Below, in pieces: positions 55,904 to 64,000 of a stretch of 64,000 bases of DNA. Position 1 is the first letter of the stretch, and each line of letters opens with the position of its first letter. The position numbers were made by a program, and so were the translations under genes. Origin of the DNA: a virus; IMG/VR virus record IMGVR_UViG_3300008954_000025, positions 1 to 64,000 of that record; one strand, written 5' to 3'. The notes below the pieces were generated by a model. That model was not told where the DNA came from. It did not search any database and saw only the letters and a program-made list of their open reading frames with translations.

Positions 55904-58845
55904 CCGAGGGGTTGATCGAAGGACTGACCGGCGCGCTCGGCGACGAGCTGTCACGCCTCGGCGGCTTCCGGTCGACCCGGGTGCAAGTGCAGTTGACGCC
56001 GGCGGCCACGGTCGTCGACTACGGCGCGGCGTTCAACCCGAACGCCGAGACGGCACAGCCGTGGAACCTGGATCCGCACCAGGGCGCTGTGTCAATCAAC
56101 GCGGCTGGCACGACCGCGACGTTGACGGTCGGCGCCGAGCGTGGCTTCAGCGCCGCCATCACGGCCGCCCACCGCTTCCGTATCCTGTCGCCTCTGCTCG
56201 CGGCGCCCTCGGTGACCGACTCGATCGTGTCGCGCGACTCGGCGACGCAGCTCACGCTGGGCGGCGGGGTGTTCGACGACAAAGACACCAACGCCTCGTG
56301 GGAGGTCTACGACCCGACGCTCATTCACCACCTCAACGTCGAGACGACCTTCGGTTGGGACACCAGCGGCATGTTCGTTATGGCCGGCGGCCTGTACCGG
56401 TACACGGGGACGACGCCTGTCCAGCTCCGAAACGTCGAGTTCTTCAACGGCGAGGTCTGGACCTACCTGCTGCCGCAGGACCTCATCTTCGAGGTCGGCG
56501 ACGAGGTCGTGGACTTCACGCGCGCGTTCTCGGCTGTCGATTCGATGTGGCGGTCCTTCCTCGTCGACTACGCGACTGGGACCGACCTCGACACCCTCGG
56601 CTACAACCTTGGCGTGCGCCGTGTGCCGACCAGCCTCGACGCCGTCTATCGCGCGGTGATCAAGGCCATCGCGTACGTCCCCCGCGGCACGATGTGGGTC
56701 ATCGAGCTGCTGCTCGCCGCGCTGATCGGTGAAGGCAACTACGAGGTGTTCGAGGACCTGACCCAGCGCGTGCCGACGGCTGCGCAGGTCGCGGCCGGCG
56801 CGCACTTCCGTTTCAGCGCGAACCACCCCGCACAGATCTTTATCCGCGCGACGGCTGCGTCTGGCGCCGCCGGCAAGACGTTCGTCGAGGACGTCGAGCG
56901 CAGGCCGCTGCTGGCCGGCAACACCGTGCAGATCACCGAGACGCCGATCAAGGTCGTGGGCGTCGAGCTCGCGCGCGAGTGCTTCGAGCGCCTGGTCGCT
57001 TCGGGCGACAGCGCGACCGGCACGGTCACTGCGACGACCGGCCCCGGCAGCACACCCACCACGCTGTCGGTCGCGTACGACGCGGCGGCCGGGCTGCTGT
57101 CGGGCGAGGTGTTGGTCGGCGACGACTTCCACATCACGTCGCCGGGGCTGCTCGGCCGCGTCGGTCCTATCTCAGCCGTCTCCGGGACCACGCTGACGCT
57201 CCGCGACATCGACGGCGCGGCTGGCATGCAGCTGCGGCGCGCGTGGACGGGGCTGGCCTGGAAGGTCACCCGCGAGAAGACGGGCGTGCTCCACGGCTAC
57301 CGGCCGTCCGAGGACCTGCAGGTCGAATACGAGGGCGGACCCCTTCGCCAGCTGTGGGTCTACGACGGCAACGACCTCGGCGATCCGGACACGTGGCCGG
57401 CGGCCGAGACGACGTACGTCACGCACGTGACCGAGGCCGGACAGGGCCAGTTCCTCCGCATCGCCGAGCCGCCGTCGGTGGACTCGCGCGCCTTCTACGA
57501 CATGCAGTCGCGCGTGACGGAGCAGAGCTACGCCACGTTCGAGCTGCTGGTCCGGATCAACGGCGCCGACGGGGCTGACGTAGGCGGCTCCGACGCGAGC
57601 AAGCCGCAGTTCTCGATGCAGCTCGAAGACGGCCGGCGCCTCATGGCCGTCGGCGTGCTCGCGTCGGGTGCCGGCGGCGACACGCGCTTCGGGTTCTTCA
57701 ACCCCAACGGCGCAGTGCCGTGGATCACCTCCGGCGGCGCGGTGACCATCCCGTCCGGCGAGTGGACCACCCTCGAGATCAAGAAGTGCCGCAACGACAA
57801 CGTCCAGCTCTACGCGGACGGCCGCCTCGTCGAAGACGTGCCGTACGGCGACTTCCCGTCCGGCGGTGCCTTCCGACGGCGCTTCGGCAACACGAGCGGC
57901 CCGCAGACCGGCATCCTCATCGACGTCAAGCACGCGGACTGGTCTGCACGCACGCCCCGCGACTACTGGAACCACCACGTCGCGACAGGCGATGCGGCGG
58001 ACGCCGGCCCGAACGTCACCGACACAGGCACCAGCGGCGCGTTCGGCAGCGCGGTGGTGGGCGACCTCGTCCGCATCCACCGCCACTCGACGCTGAACGC
58101 GGTGGGCGGCGATGCTCGCGGCGAGTGGGTCATCGACGATGTCGTGGACGCGAACACGGCCCGCACGACCTACGGCCGGACGCACAACGACGGCCAGGTC
58201 ATCGCCGGCTCGCTGCTGCAGTTCCGGAGCGAGGACGACCCCCGCGCGTTCACGTTCCCGACGGACCTCGGCAACCAGATCGAGCTGGTCACTGGCGCGG
58301 ACGCCGGCACGGTCTGGCTGATCGACCAGTTGCTGGACCCAAACACCGGCCGCAACCTCGCGACGCTGGATGACGGGACGACGGCCGCGCTGGTCAACGT
58401 CCCGACCGTGACGAGCGTGGCGCTGGTGTCGCCTGTGCCAGCCGGCGCCGCGACGCTCACCGCGCAGAGCCGGTCGCAGTGGCGGAAGATGCTCACCGCG
58501 CAGCCGGCCCCGTCCGATCCGGACGTGGGCTTCGAGGTCGTGGATCAGGGCACGCTGGTCGGTACCACGCTGACGCTGCCGCAGACGTTCCCGATCGGGC
58601 TGTACACGCTGCCGGACGGCCCGCTGGTCGAGGTGCACTACACGCGGCTGCTGACGGCGCAGGTGGTCGAGAACGCCGACGTGGTCAATGACACCAACGC
58701 AGACCCAGGCTATGCCTACTACCCGTTCTACCTCTCAGACAGCTTCGGGTGGGTGAAGGGCATCCTGGACGTGATCACCGCGGCCGGCGTGCACGTCGAT
58801 CTGCGCAACTTCTTCCGCGACGCCTCCGGGCCGCACATTAGGTAG
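55900..58845 (+). CDS. Large baseplate wedge/tail protein with probable lectin (LamG-like) domain
   Basis: ATG.DLD.LG...GV.R......YR..IK, PRGT, EW.TLEI.K....VQLY.DG, C-terminal AAGV. Confidence 0.75.
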   Translation: MTEGLIEGLTGALGDELSRLGGFRSTRVQVQLTPAATVVDYGAAFNPNAETAQPWNLDPHQGAVSINAAGTTATLTVGAERGFSAAITAAHRFRILSPLLAAPSVTDSIVSRDSATQLTLGGGVFDDKDTNASWEVYDPTLIHHLNVETTFGWDTSGMFVMAGGLYRYTGTTPVQLRNVEFFNGEVWTYLLPQDLIFEVGDEVVDFTRAFSAVDSMWRSFLVDYATGTDLDTLGYNLGVRRVPTSLDAVYRAVIKAIAYVPRGTMWVIELLLAALIGEGNYEVFEDLTQRVPTAAQVAAGAHFRFSANHPAQIFIRATAASGAAGKTFVEDVERRPLLAGNTVQITETPIKVVGVELARECFERLVASGDSATGTVTATTGPGSTPTTLSVAYDAAAGLLSGEVLVGDDFHITSPGLLGRVGPISAVSGTTLTLRDIDGAAGMQLRRAWTGLAWKVTREKTGVLHGYRPSEDLQVEYEGGPLRQLWVYDGNDLGDPDTWPAAETTYVTHVTEAGQGQFLRIAEPPSVDSRAFYDMQSRVTEQSYATFELLVRINGADGADVGGSDASKPQFSMQLEDGRRLMAVGVLASGAGGDTRFGFFNPNGAVPWITSGGAVTIPSGEWTTLEIKKCRNDNVQLYADGRLVEDVPYGDFPSGGAFRRRFGNTSGPQTGILIDVKHADWSARTPRDYWNHHVATGDAADAGPNVTDTGTSGAFGSAVVGDLVRIHRHSTLNAVGGDARGEWVIDDVVDANTARTTYGRTHNDGQVIAGSLLQFRSEDDPRAFTFPTDLGNQIELVTGADAGTVWLIDQLLDPNTGRNLATLDDGTTAALVNVPTVTSVALVSPVPAGAATLTAQSRSQWRKMLTAQPAPSDPDVGFEVVDQGTLVGTTLTLPQTFPIGLYTLPDGPLVEVHYTRLLTAQVVENADVVNDTNADPGYAYYPFYLSDSFGWVKGILDVITAAGVHVDLRNFFRDASGPHIR

Positions 58846-58862
58846 GATGAGGAGAGTATCCC

Positions 58863-60659
58863 GTGAGCGACACCAAGAAGTACCTGCGTACCGAAGACGG
58901 CGAGCGCGTCGACCAGCCGGACTTCCAGCACGCGGCCGAGCGCTCTCAGCTCAACGGCCTCACCCAGATGGGCGACTCGGTGCTGGTGGGCGTCGACCGC
59001 GCACGTGCAGCTGCGGGCGACCCGGCGCAGCTGCGTCACTACGTGCTCGAGGGCTTCGAGGTCCGGGCGCAGGCGTCCGGCTCCATCGTCGAAGTCGACG
59101 GCGGCGTCGCGCTCATGGGCTACCGCCATGAGCGCCAGGTGCAGTACGGCGCGGTGAACTCCGGCCAGACGATGCAGCTGCACGACGTCGGCGGGGCCGC
59201 GAACCCTGGCGTCGTGCACACCATCTGGGTCCGCTTCAACCTCGCCGACGAGGACCCCGGCAACCGCGCCTTCTGGAACAGCGCCGGCGCGCCGCCAGTC
59301 GAGATCGTGCGCAGCATCCCCACCCGGCTCGCCGAGGAGTGGCAGATTACGCACACCGAGGGCGACTGGCAGGTCGCGGGCACCGTGTCGCCCGGAGACG
59401 AGTGGATGCCAGTCGCGACGGTCACGCCGTCGGACATCACCAACACGCTCACCGGCACGCGCGTCTTCTACTTCGAGGGCCGGGAGTCCGCGCTCTTCGA
59501 GTTGGGCGACGCGGACTGGGGCCACGCCACCGACCGCGATCCCCTGCGCGAGACGAACGGCGTCTTCGGCTTCCGGCGCTTCGCGATGGGCGTGCTGAGG
59601 CAGTTGCAGGGCATCATTCACGGCTCAGGCTCGGTGTCACTCGGCAGCCAGCCCTGGTACACGGACGTCACGGGATTCACCTCCGCCGGTGACGAGCAGG
59701 GCCTGCGCGAGCTTCATTTCAACAAGCTCGACAGTCGCGGACGCACAGCCGGGTCGCCATACGGCGAGATGACGGGCCACCTGGACCCCGCCCTCGCCAA
59801 CGACAATACGCTCGACATCGGCAGCCTAACCCAGCGCTGGCGCGACTTCATCGGCCGCGGCGTCCAGCTCGGCGCGGGGTTCATCGCGTCGCAGGCCGAC
59901 GCGCTGCTGCCGCGCATCACGATGCCCGTGCGCACAACGGCGCTCGACCGCACGCTGCTGTGGGAAGTCACTGACTCATCGTACGCGCCAGGCACGTTCC
60001 GCCTCTACGCCTCCAAGCCTGCCGGGACTGGCCTGGCTTATGTAGCGACGCTCAATGCGGCCTGGAACCCCGCCACGAGCCAATGGGATCGCGACGTCGT
60101 CCTCGGAGCACGAGACGCAGTCATCGTTAGTGTCACACCCGAGTCTGCGACCCTAACCATCGGTCGACACGCCGCTGCGCTCGCAGCCTCATGGAACGAT
60201 GTTTTCGCGGCAGGGGGCAGCGACTGGGCCATTGTGTTTCGGGGACCCAACAACGGCACCAACCGATCGGAGCTCGACTCATTCGACCTCACGAACAACG
60301 CGGGCGCGACTGTCGGCGGTAGCGAGAGCGTCTACGCCAACTCGATCTGCAAGGCGTGGGGTATGGTCCAGACCGACGGCGCGGGGCTCATCTCCACTCG
60401 TCGTGGATACGGCTACGACCAGGCCGGACTCGTGCTTACCGGACCTGGCGGGCTGCAGGTCGACCTGCTGGGCACACCGATCAGCACCTTCGACTACGCC
60501 GTGGTCACCAGCGTGGTCAACGCAGCTACTGGGACACCCGCCGCGATCGGCGCGCTTCCTGATGCGCTCCAGCCCGAGCGCTTCGTGATCAACTCGACGC
60601 TCAACTTCAACACCGTCTCCGTGAAGATCTTCTTCCAGGTCTTCGGGCGCACCTCGTGA
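58863..60659 (+). CDS. Tail fibre / baseplate-attached protein
   Basis: ERVD.PDF N-terminus, D....DIGS...RW, C-terminal N.I.KAWG.V. Confidence 0.7.
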   Translation: MSDTKKYLRTEDGERVDQPDFQHAAERSQLNGLTQMGDSVLVGVDRARAAAGDPAQLRHYVLEGFEVRAQASGSIVEVDGGVALMGYRHERQVQYGAVNSGQTMQLHDVGGAANPGVVHTIWVRFNLADEDPGNRAFWNSAGAPPVEIVRSIPTRLAEEWQITHTEGDWQVAGTVSPGDEWMPVATVTPSDITNTLTGTRVFYFEGRESALFELGDADWGHATDRDPLRETNGVFGFRRFAMGVLRQLQGIIHGSGSVSLGSQPWYTDVTGFTSAGDEQGLRELHFNKLDSRGRTAGSPYGEMTGHLDPALANDNTLDIGSLTQRWRDFIGRGVQLGAGFIASQADALLPRITMPVRTTALDRTLLWEVTDSSYAPGTFRLYASKPAGTGLAYVATLNAAWNPATSQWDRDVVLGARDAVIVSVTPESATLTIGRHAAALAASWNDVFAAGGSDWAIVFRGPNNGTNRSELDSFDLTNNAGATVGGSESVYANSICKAWGMVQTDGAGLISTRRGYGYDQAGLVLTGPGGLQVDLLGTPISTFDYAVVTSVVNAATGTPAAIGALPDALQPERFVINSTLNFNTVSVKIFFQVFGRTS

Positions 60660-60982
60660 TGAAGCAGGCCAAGAACTGGCTCAAGTGGATCGGCGGTCTC
60701 GTGCTGTTCGTCCTGGTCGCCGCCGGCGCGCGGGCATTGTTCATGCGGCGCGGCCGGCCGGTCCTGCCGGACGTGAAGCACGAGCTCGCCGCGATCGAGG
60801 CCGAGCGCAAGACGGCCCGCCTCGAGGCCGAGCGTGGTCACGCTGAGGCGCTCGCGGCCGTGTACCGCGACCACGCGGATGCGCTGGCCGGCCTGGACGA
60901 CGCCGCCGCGGCAGAGGCAGAATCGCTGAGTGCCGACCCTCAAGCGCTGGCTGGCTTCCTGGTGCGTGCTGCTCGCGGGTAG
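60656..60982 (+). CDS. Inner-membrane spanin-like protein
   Basis: N-terminal TM then Ala-rich coiled coil; overlaps next gene. Confidence 0.55.
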   Translation: MMKQAKNWLKWIGGLVLFVLVAAGARALFMRRGRPVLPDVKHELAAIEAERKTARLEAERGHAEALAAVYRDHADALAGLDDAAAAEAESLSADPQALAGFLVRAARG

Positions 60983-61397
60983 CGCCGTCGCGTACGCCGA
61001 AGTCGAGTGCGACACCGCCTTCCCTGACCGCTGCTCGGCCCCCATCGAAGCGGGCGCCCCGGCGCCGTTCGCCGGCCAGGTGCTGACGACCGAACTGGCC
61101 GTGGCGCTCGGGCAGAAGGCCAACGCAGCCGCAGCTCGCCAGGCGCTGGCCGTGCGTACAGCGACGCGCGCAGCGGCCGTGGAACACCGATACCGGCTAG
61201 ACCTGGCCGCTGCGGACACCCACGCGTGCGAGCGGCGCGAGCTGGTTCAGCAGGAGCGGGCGGAGCGCGCAGAGGAAGCTGTGCGGGCGGCCGAGCCGGG
61301 CGTGCTCGACCACCCGCTGTTCTGGGCGCTCATAGGCGTAAGTGTGATGGCCGGCGCCTTCGCGCTGGCTCGCGGTGAGATCAAAGGGCTCGAGTAG
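60930..61397 (+). CDS. Spanin-like secreted protein with C-terminal TM
   Basis: Signal peptide, G.PAPFAG..L motif, coiled coil, HPLFWALIGV..GA anchor. Confidence 0.55.
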   Translation: MPTLKRWLASWCVLLAGSAVAYAEVECDTAFPDRCSAPIEAGAPAPFAGQVLTTELAVALGQKANAAAARQALAVRTATRAAAVEHRYRLDLAAADTHACERRELVQQERAERAEEAVRAAEPGVLDHPLFWALIGVSVMAGAFALARGEIKGLE

Positions 61398-61417
61398 GCG
61401 CCTGCGCGCCCTCGGGC

Positions 61418-61807
61418 CTACAGGAAGCGCTGCTGCACTTCGACCGAGCTGACGAGGTCGCGGGTAGCCGCGTCCACGTTGTCGCCGGTCTGCACCGTGA
61501 CGATGTCGCCAGGCTCCACGTCGATGGACAGGCTGAGTGTGTCCTGCGACGTCGAGGCGGCGGCCATGGTAGCCTGGGCGCCGCTGTTGATCGTGCCGTT
61601 GACGGCGACGGCCGTGTCCTGGTCGCCGGCCGGCGCGACACGAGACGCCACGCGGTGAGCGATGATGCGGCCGCGGATGCCGACGACGCCTCCGCCGAAG
61701 CGGGTGTTCGCTACGGTCGGCTGCGCCGAGAACGCGTCGATGCGCATCGAGTTGCGGAACTGGCCCGCGATGTTTGCCCAGTCGCTGGGGCTGTTCGGCG
61801 TTACCAT
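61418..61807 (-). CDS. Hypothetical beta-rich protein, possibly virion decoration
   Basis: 129 aa ORF; TG-T-TACACA 6 nt before ATG. Confidence 0.6.
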   Translation of the reverse strand: MVTPNSPSDWANIAGQFRNSMRIDAFSAQPTVANTRFGGGVVGIRGRIIAHRVASRVAPAGDQDTAVAVNGTINSGAQATMAAASTSQDTLSLSIDVEPGDIVTVQTGDNVDAATRDLVSSVEVQQRFL

Positions 61808-61840
61808 GAAGTGTGTGTAACATAGCCCCCGCGATGACGG

Positions 61841-62617
61841 CTAGGGCTGCATGTCGATGAAGTCCAGGCGGCTGTAGGACCTGCGTCGGGCGCAGACTTC
61901 GTAGCCCTCCCGGCTGCCTTCGTCGTTCGTGTTGCCTTCGATGGTCGTCACCACGCTCGGCGTGGCGTCCGTGACGATGCCGGTGTGCGCCCAGTCGTCG
62001 TCGCGACGATAGGTGAGGAAGAGGTCCCCAGCTCGAAGCTGCGGGAGCGTGCGTCCGGGACGTGGGGCGGACGCGTAGCGGATCAGCCGGCCGTCCTGCT
62101 CTGCCGCGAGCGCGAGCACGTCGCAGCTGACCGTGCTGCGCAGCGGCCGATCAGCGCCCGTGGCCTCGCACGCCTGCCCGATGATGTAGCTGACGAAGCC
62201 TGCGCACCAGGCCCACACGTCGCCGTCGCGGCCGCTGCAGTACAGGCGCACCCACGGCCCCCGGTTCTGGCCGCCGACCTCCCTGGGGTGCTGCGCGAGG
62301 TGCTGCTTGGCGAAGTGGACGATCGCCTCGGGGAGTGTCATGCCGACTGTTGCCTGCCGGTCGATCGCAGCGGCGCGCTCCATCGGACGGTGCAGCGCCT
62401 GCCACGTGGTCGCGTCGACCTCGCCGTACTGGACTGGGGCGCGGCGCCCCACGTTGACCTGGAAGGCTGTGACGGCCGCTTCGGTCGCGGGGCCGAAGTC
62501 CCCGTCTATGGCGCAGCCGAAGTCGTGCAGGTTGAGCCACTCTTGGAGGTCCCGAACGTCAGTTCCCCGGCTCCCCTTCCGCAACACGCGCCGATGGTGA
62601 CACGGGGTTCGCCTCAA
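61841..62617 (-). CDS. Endolysin: peptidoglycan-binding domain plus CHAP-type peptidase (start may be GTG 62587)
   Basis: LRKGSRG.DV..LQ..L, DGDFGPATEAAV..FQ; WCAGFV, HTGIV, TIEGNT. Confidence 0.9.
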   Translation of the reverse strand: MRRTPCHHRRVLRKGSRGTDVRDLQEWLNLHDFGCAIDGDFGPATEAAVTAFQVNVGRRAPVQYGEVDATTWQALHRPMERAAAIDRQATVGMTLPEAIVHFAKQHLAQHPREVGGQNRGPWVRLYCSGRDGDVWAWCAGFVSYIIGQACEATGADRPLRSTVSCDVLALAAEQDGRLIRYASAPRPGRTLPQLRAGDLFLTYRRDDDWAHTGIVTDATPSVVTTIEGNTNDEGSREGYEVCARRRSYSRLDFIDMQP

Positions 62618-63314
62618 CGTCTATGGTGACACTGGTAGGCGCAGGTAGGGCGGGCACTGCCGTGGGTGTGCCCTGGTCGTCGTCCTCGGCCGATTCGACC
62701 TCCTCCAGCTCCGCGCGACGGTGCGCGAGCGCCGCCTTGGTCATCGCGGCGATCTCGTCGGCGGTGACGCCGTCAGGCAGCGCGTCGTGGTCGGTGGCGT
62801 CGTCTGATTGCATGCCTCCCGGGACCAGGCGGTCAGCCGCCATCGGCGCGATCTCTTCGACACGACGGGACATGTCTACGAAGCTGCGCATCAGCCCCTC
62901 ATAGGAGCGGGGCAGGACGCCGTCTGGGTCCATCAGCATCTTGTATGCCTGGGCCCGGACGTCGATGAGCATCTTCACGTCGGCGATCAGCGCCTGCGTG
63001 AGCGTGTCAGCCGCGCGCCGGCGCATCTCCTTGAAGGTCTCGGACAGGAAGCGCTGGCGCTCGATGACCCAGTTGTCTTGAGTGCTCCAGCGCTCGAGGG
63101 TTCGCCGGCTGACGCGCCCCTCGAACTTGGGGTGGTTGGCGAGCTTGTCGATCGAGTCGCACTGCGGATCAGTGATGTAGGCGATTCCCGCATTGCGACG
63201 CAGCTGCTCGTTGCGGACGGCTGTCTTGGCCTGCTTGAACTCGACGATGTCGGCCCGCGGCTCGTCGAGCTCCGCCGCGTCGGTCTCTTCAGCGATGCTG
63301 AGCTCGTCGTCCAT
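62559..63314 (-). CDS. HTH protein, candidate terminase small subunit
   Basis: SIDKLA......VS.RTL.RWS..DNW..ER, then helical region and acidic tail; TAATG coupling. Confidence 0.55.
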   Translation of the reverse strand: MDDELSIAEETDAAELDEPRADIVEFKQAKTAVRNEQLRRNAGIAYITDPQCDSIDKLANHPKFEGRVSRRTLERWSTQDNWVIERQRFLSETFKEMRRRAADTLTQALIADVKMLIDVRAQAYKMLMDPDGVLPRSYEGLMRSFVDMSRRVEEIAPMAADRLVPGGMQSDDATDHDALPDGVTADEIAAMTKAALAHRRAELEEVESAEDDDQGTPTAVPALPAPTSVTIDVEANPVSPSARVAEGEPGN

Positions 63315-63562
63315 TAGTCCTTCATCCCGAAGCCCCGGTTCGGGGCGCTGATGCCGAAGTGCCCCGGGACCTTCCGGCCATCTTCCAGTATGGCGGCCGT
63401 CCGGAACCGCTTGTCGGCTGTCGCGCCAGCAGTGTTCGCGATCAGCCGCTCCAGCTCGGCGCTGCAGCGATCGCAGCGTTGGGGCTTGCCGCAGTCGCTG
63501 ATCGAGTGCGTGCGCTCGGTCTCGGCGCCGCATGAGGGGCAGCGGTAGTCGTATCGCGGCAC
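63314..63562 (-). CDS. FmdB-family zinc ribbon protein
   Basis: MPRYDYRCPSCG...E....I.D.....C..C...L.RLI. Confidence 0.85.
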   Translation of the reverse strand: MPRYDYRCPSCGAETERTHSISDCGKPQRCDRCSAELERLIANTAGATADKRFRTAAILEDGRKVPGHFGISAPNRGFGMKD

Positions 63563-63568
63563 GTCTTG

Positions 63569-63597
63569 ATTGTCGGCGGGACGTCGGTGCTCGTCAA
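63569..63597 (-). promoter_or_regulatory. Sigma70-like promoter, leaderless transcript
   Basis: TTGACG-17 bp-GACAAT-6 nt-GTG. Confidence 0.65.
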
Positions 63598-63675
63598 GTC
63601 ATCGCAAGCCCCGAAGCTCTGGACTCGGGGCGCCCCAGCGTTTCGTACGTTGGGGACCCTGGCGAAGTAGCGGAG

Positions 63676-64000
63676 TTAGCGCTCGTCGAGCTGCGCGGTG
63701 ATCCAGTCCCGAACGGCGCGGAGCTCGTCCGGTTCCATCGCGTCGGAGAGCGCACGGCGCGTGACGCCGGCGCCGTGGCAGGTGCGGCAGATTGGCGTCA
63801 CCTCGGCAGTCACCGCCTCGTACTTCCGGGCGCCGCGACAGCGCGTGCAGGGCTCCTCGACCGGCGGGCAGTGCGTCATGCGCCACTCACGGAGGTACTG
63901 CGCGAGCGCCTGGAACCACTTGGCGCCCATCGGCCAGCCGAGGCCCTTTTCGAGCGCGTCCACGAGCTGGACCGCGTCGATGATGATGTAGCGCCGATTG
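63676..64000 (-). CDS. Partial gene (5' end outside window) with CxxCxG zinc-finger repeats
   Basis: CTRCRG...CRTCHG.G; frame open to window edge. Confidence 0.6.
   Translation of the reverse strand, partial: NRRYIIIDAVQLVDALEKGLGWPMGAKWFQALAQYLREWRMTHCPPVEEPCTRCRGARKYEAVTAEVTPICRTCHGAGVTRRALSDAMEPDELRAVRDWITAQLDER

Larger units (their letters stand above)
1..64000. mobile_element. Segment of a large GC-rich myovirus genome (DNA packaging, head, modification cluster, tail, lysis)
   Basis: Contiguous terminase-portal-protease-capsid-neck-sheath-tube-tape measure-baseplate gene order; no bacterial housekeeping genes; no integrase or att site seen. Confidence 0.95.

Noticed and set aside
59950-60300. 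Patch of atypical codon usage in the tail fibre, possible DGR variable region
   Set aside because: No reverse transcriptase or template repeat seen in the window; ordinary fibre mosaicism suffices
40844-60659. Tail genes as a bacterial contractile injection system or tailocin
   Set aside because: Linked to complete terminase, portal and capsid genes, so a genuine phage
63603-63660. Two adjacent hairpins in the intergenic region
   Set aside because: Plausible terminator for the upstream minus-strand gene, but no U tract or recognisable RNA family; too weak to call
1-64000. Many long overlapping ORFs on the minus strand and in alternate frames (e.g. 15006-16838, 42026-43684, 45971-48133, 52372-54159)
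   Set aside because: Shadow ORFs expected at very high GC; Arg/Ala/Pro-rich, no motifs, and they overlap well-supported genes
1-64000. Stop-codon reassignment (CTA occurs in the odd tRNA loop)
   Set aside because: Core genes are full length in the standard code and many end properly at TAG (capsid, tube, baseplate J); CTA is not centred in the loop

Overview
The whole window is a segment of a large, very GC-rich tailed phage with a contractile tail (myovirus). Its morphogenesis genes resemble the Herelleviridae (SPO1/A511/K-type) set in order and motifs: large terminase, portal, prohead protease, scaffold, major capsid protein with an Ig/FN3-like insertion, neck, sheath, tube, frameshifted tail chaperone, tape measure, baseplate and fibres, then spanin-like genes and a CHAP endolysin. 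No replication genes or integrase are present, so the genome extends beyond the window. Most notable observations: (1) a ~12 kb cluster between head and neck genes with 7 glycosyltransferases, 4-5 SAM methyltransferase domains, an APS kinase fusion and a radical SAM enzyme, possibly for virion glycan decoration; (2) a 3 kb patchwork (21.4-24.6 kb) where three foreign fragments (membrane protein, circularly permuted Eco31I/Esp3I-type C5 methyltransferase, HTH plus start of vsr) interrupt three phage genes whose remnants are still recognisable; (3) a Pth2 remnant abutting a non-canonical tRNA; (4) a Tat signal peptide fused to a truncated paralogue of the phage's own tail tube; (5) a recurrent hydrophobic-x-K-[S/A/G] motif marking probable protease-processed head proteins; (6) repeated leaderless promoter geometry and a structured leader upstream of the head operon. 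All family assignments come from motif recognition by eye; no database search was run.
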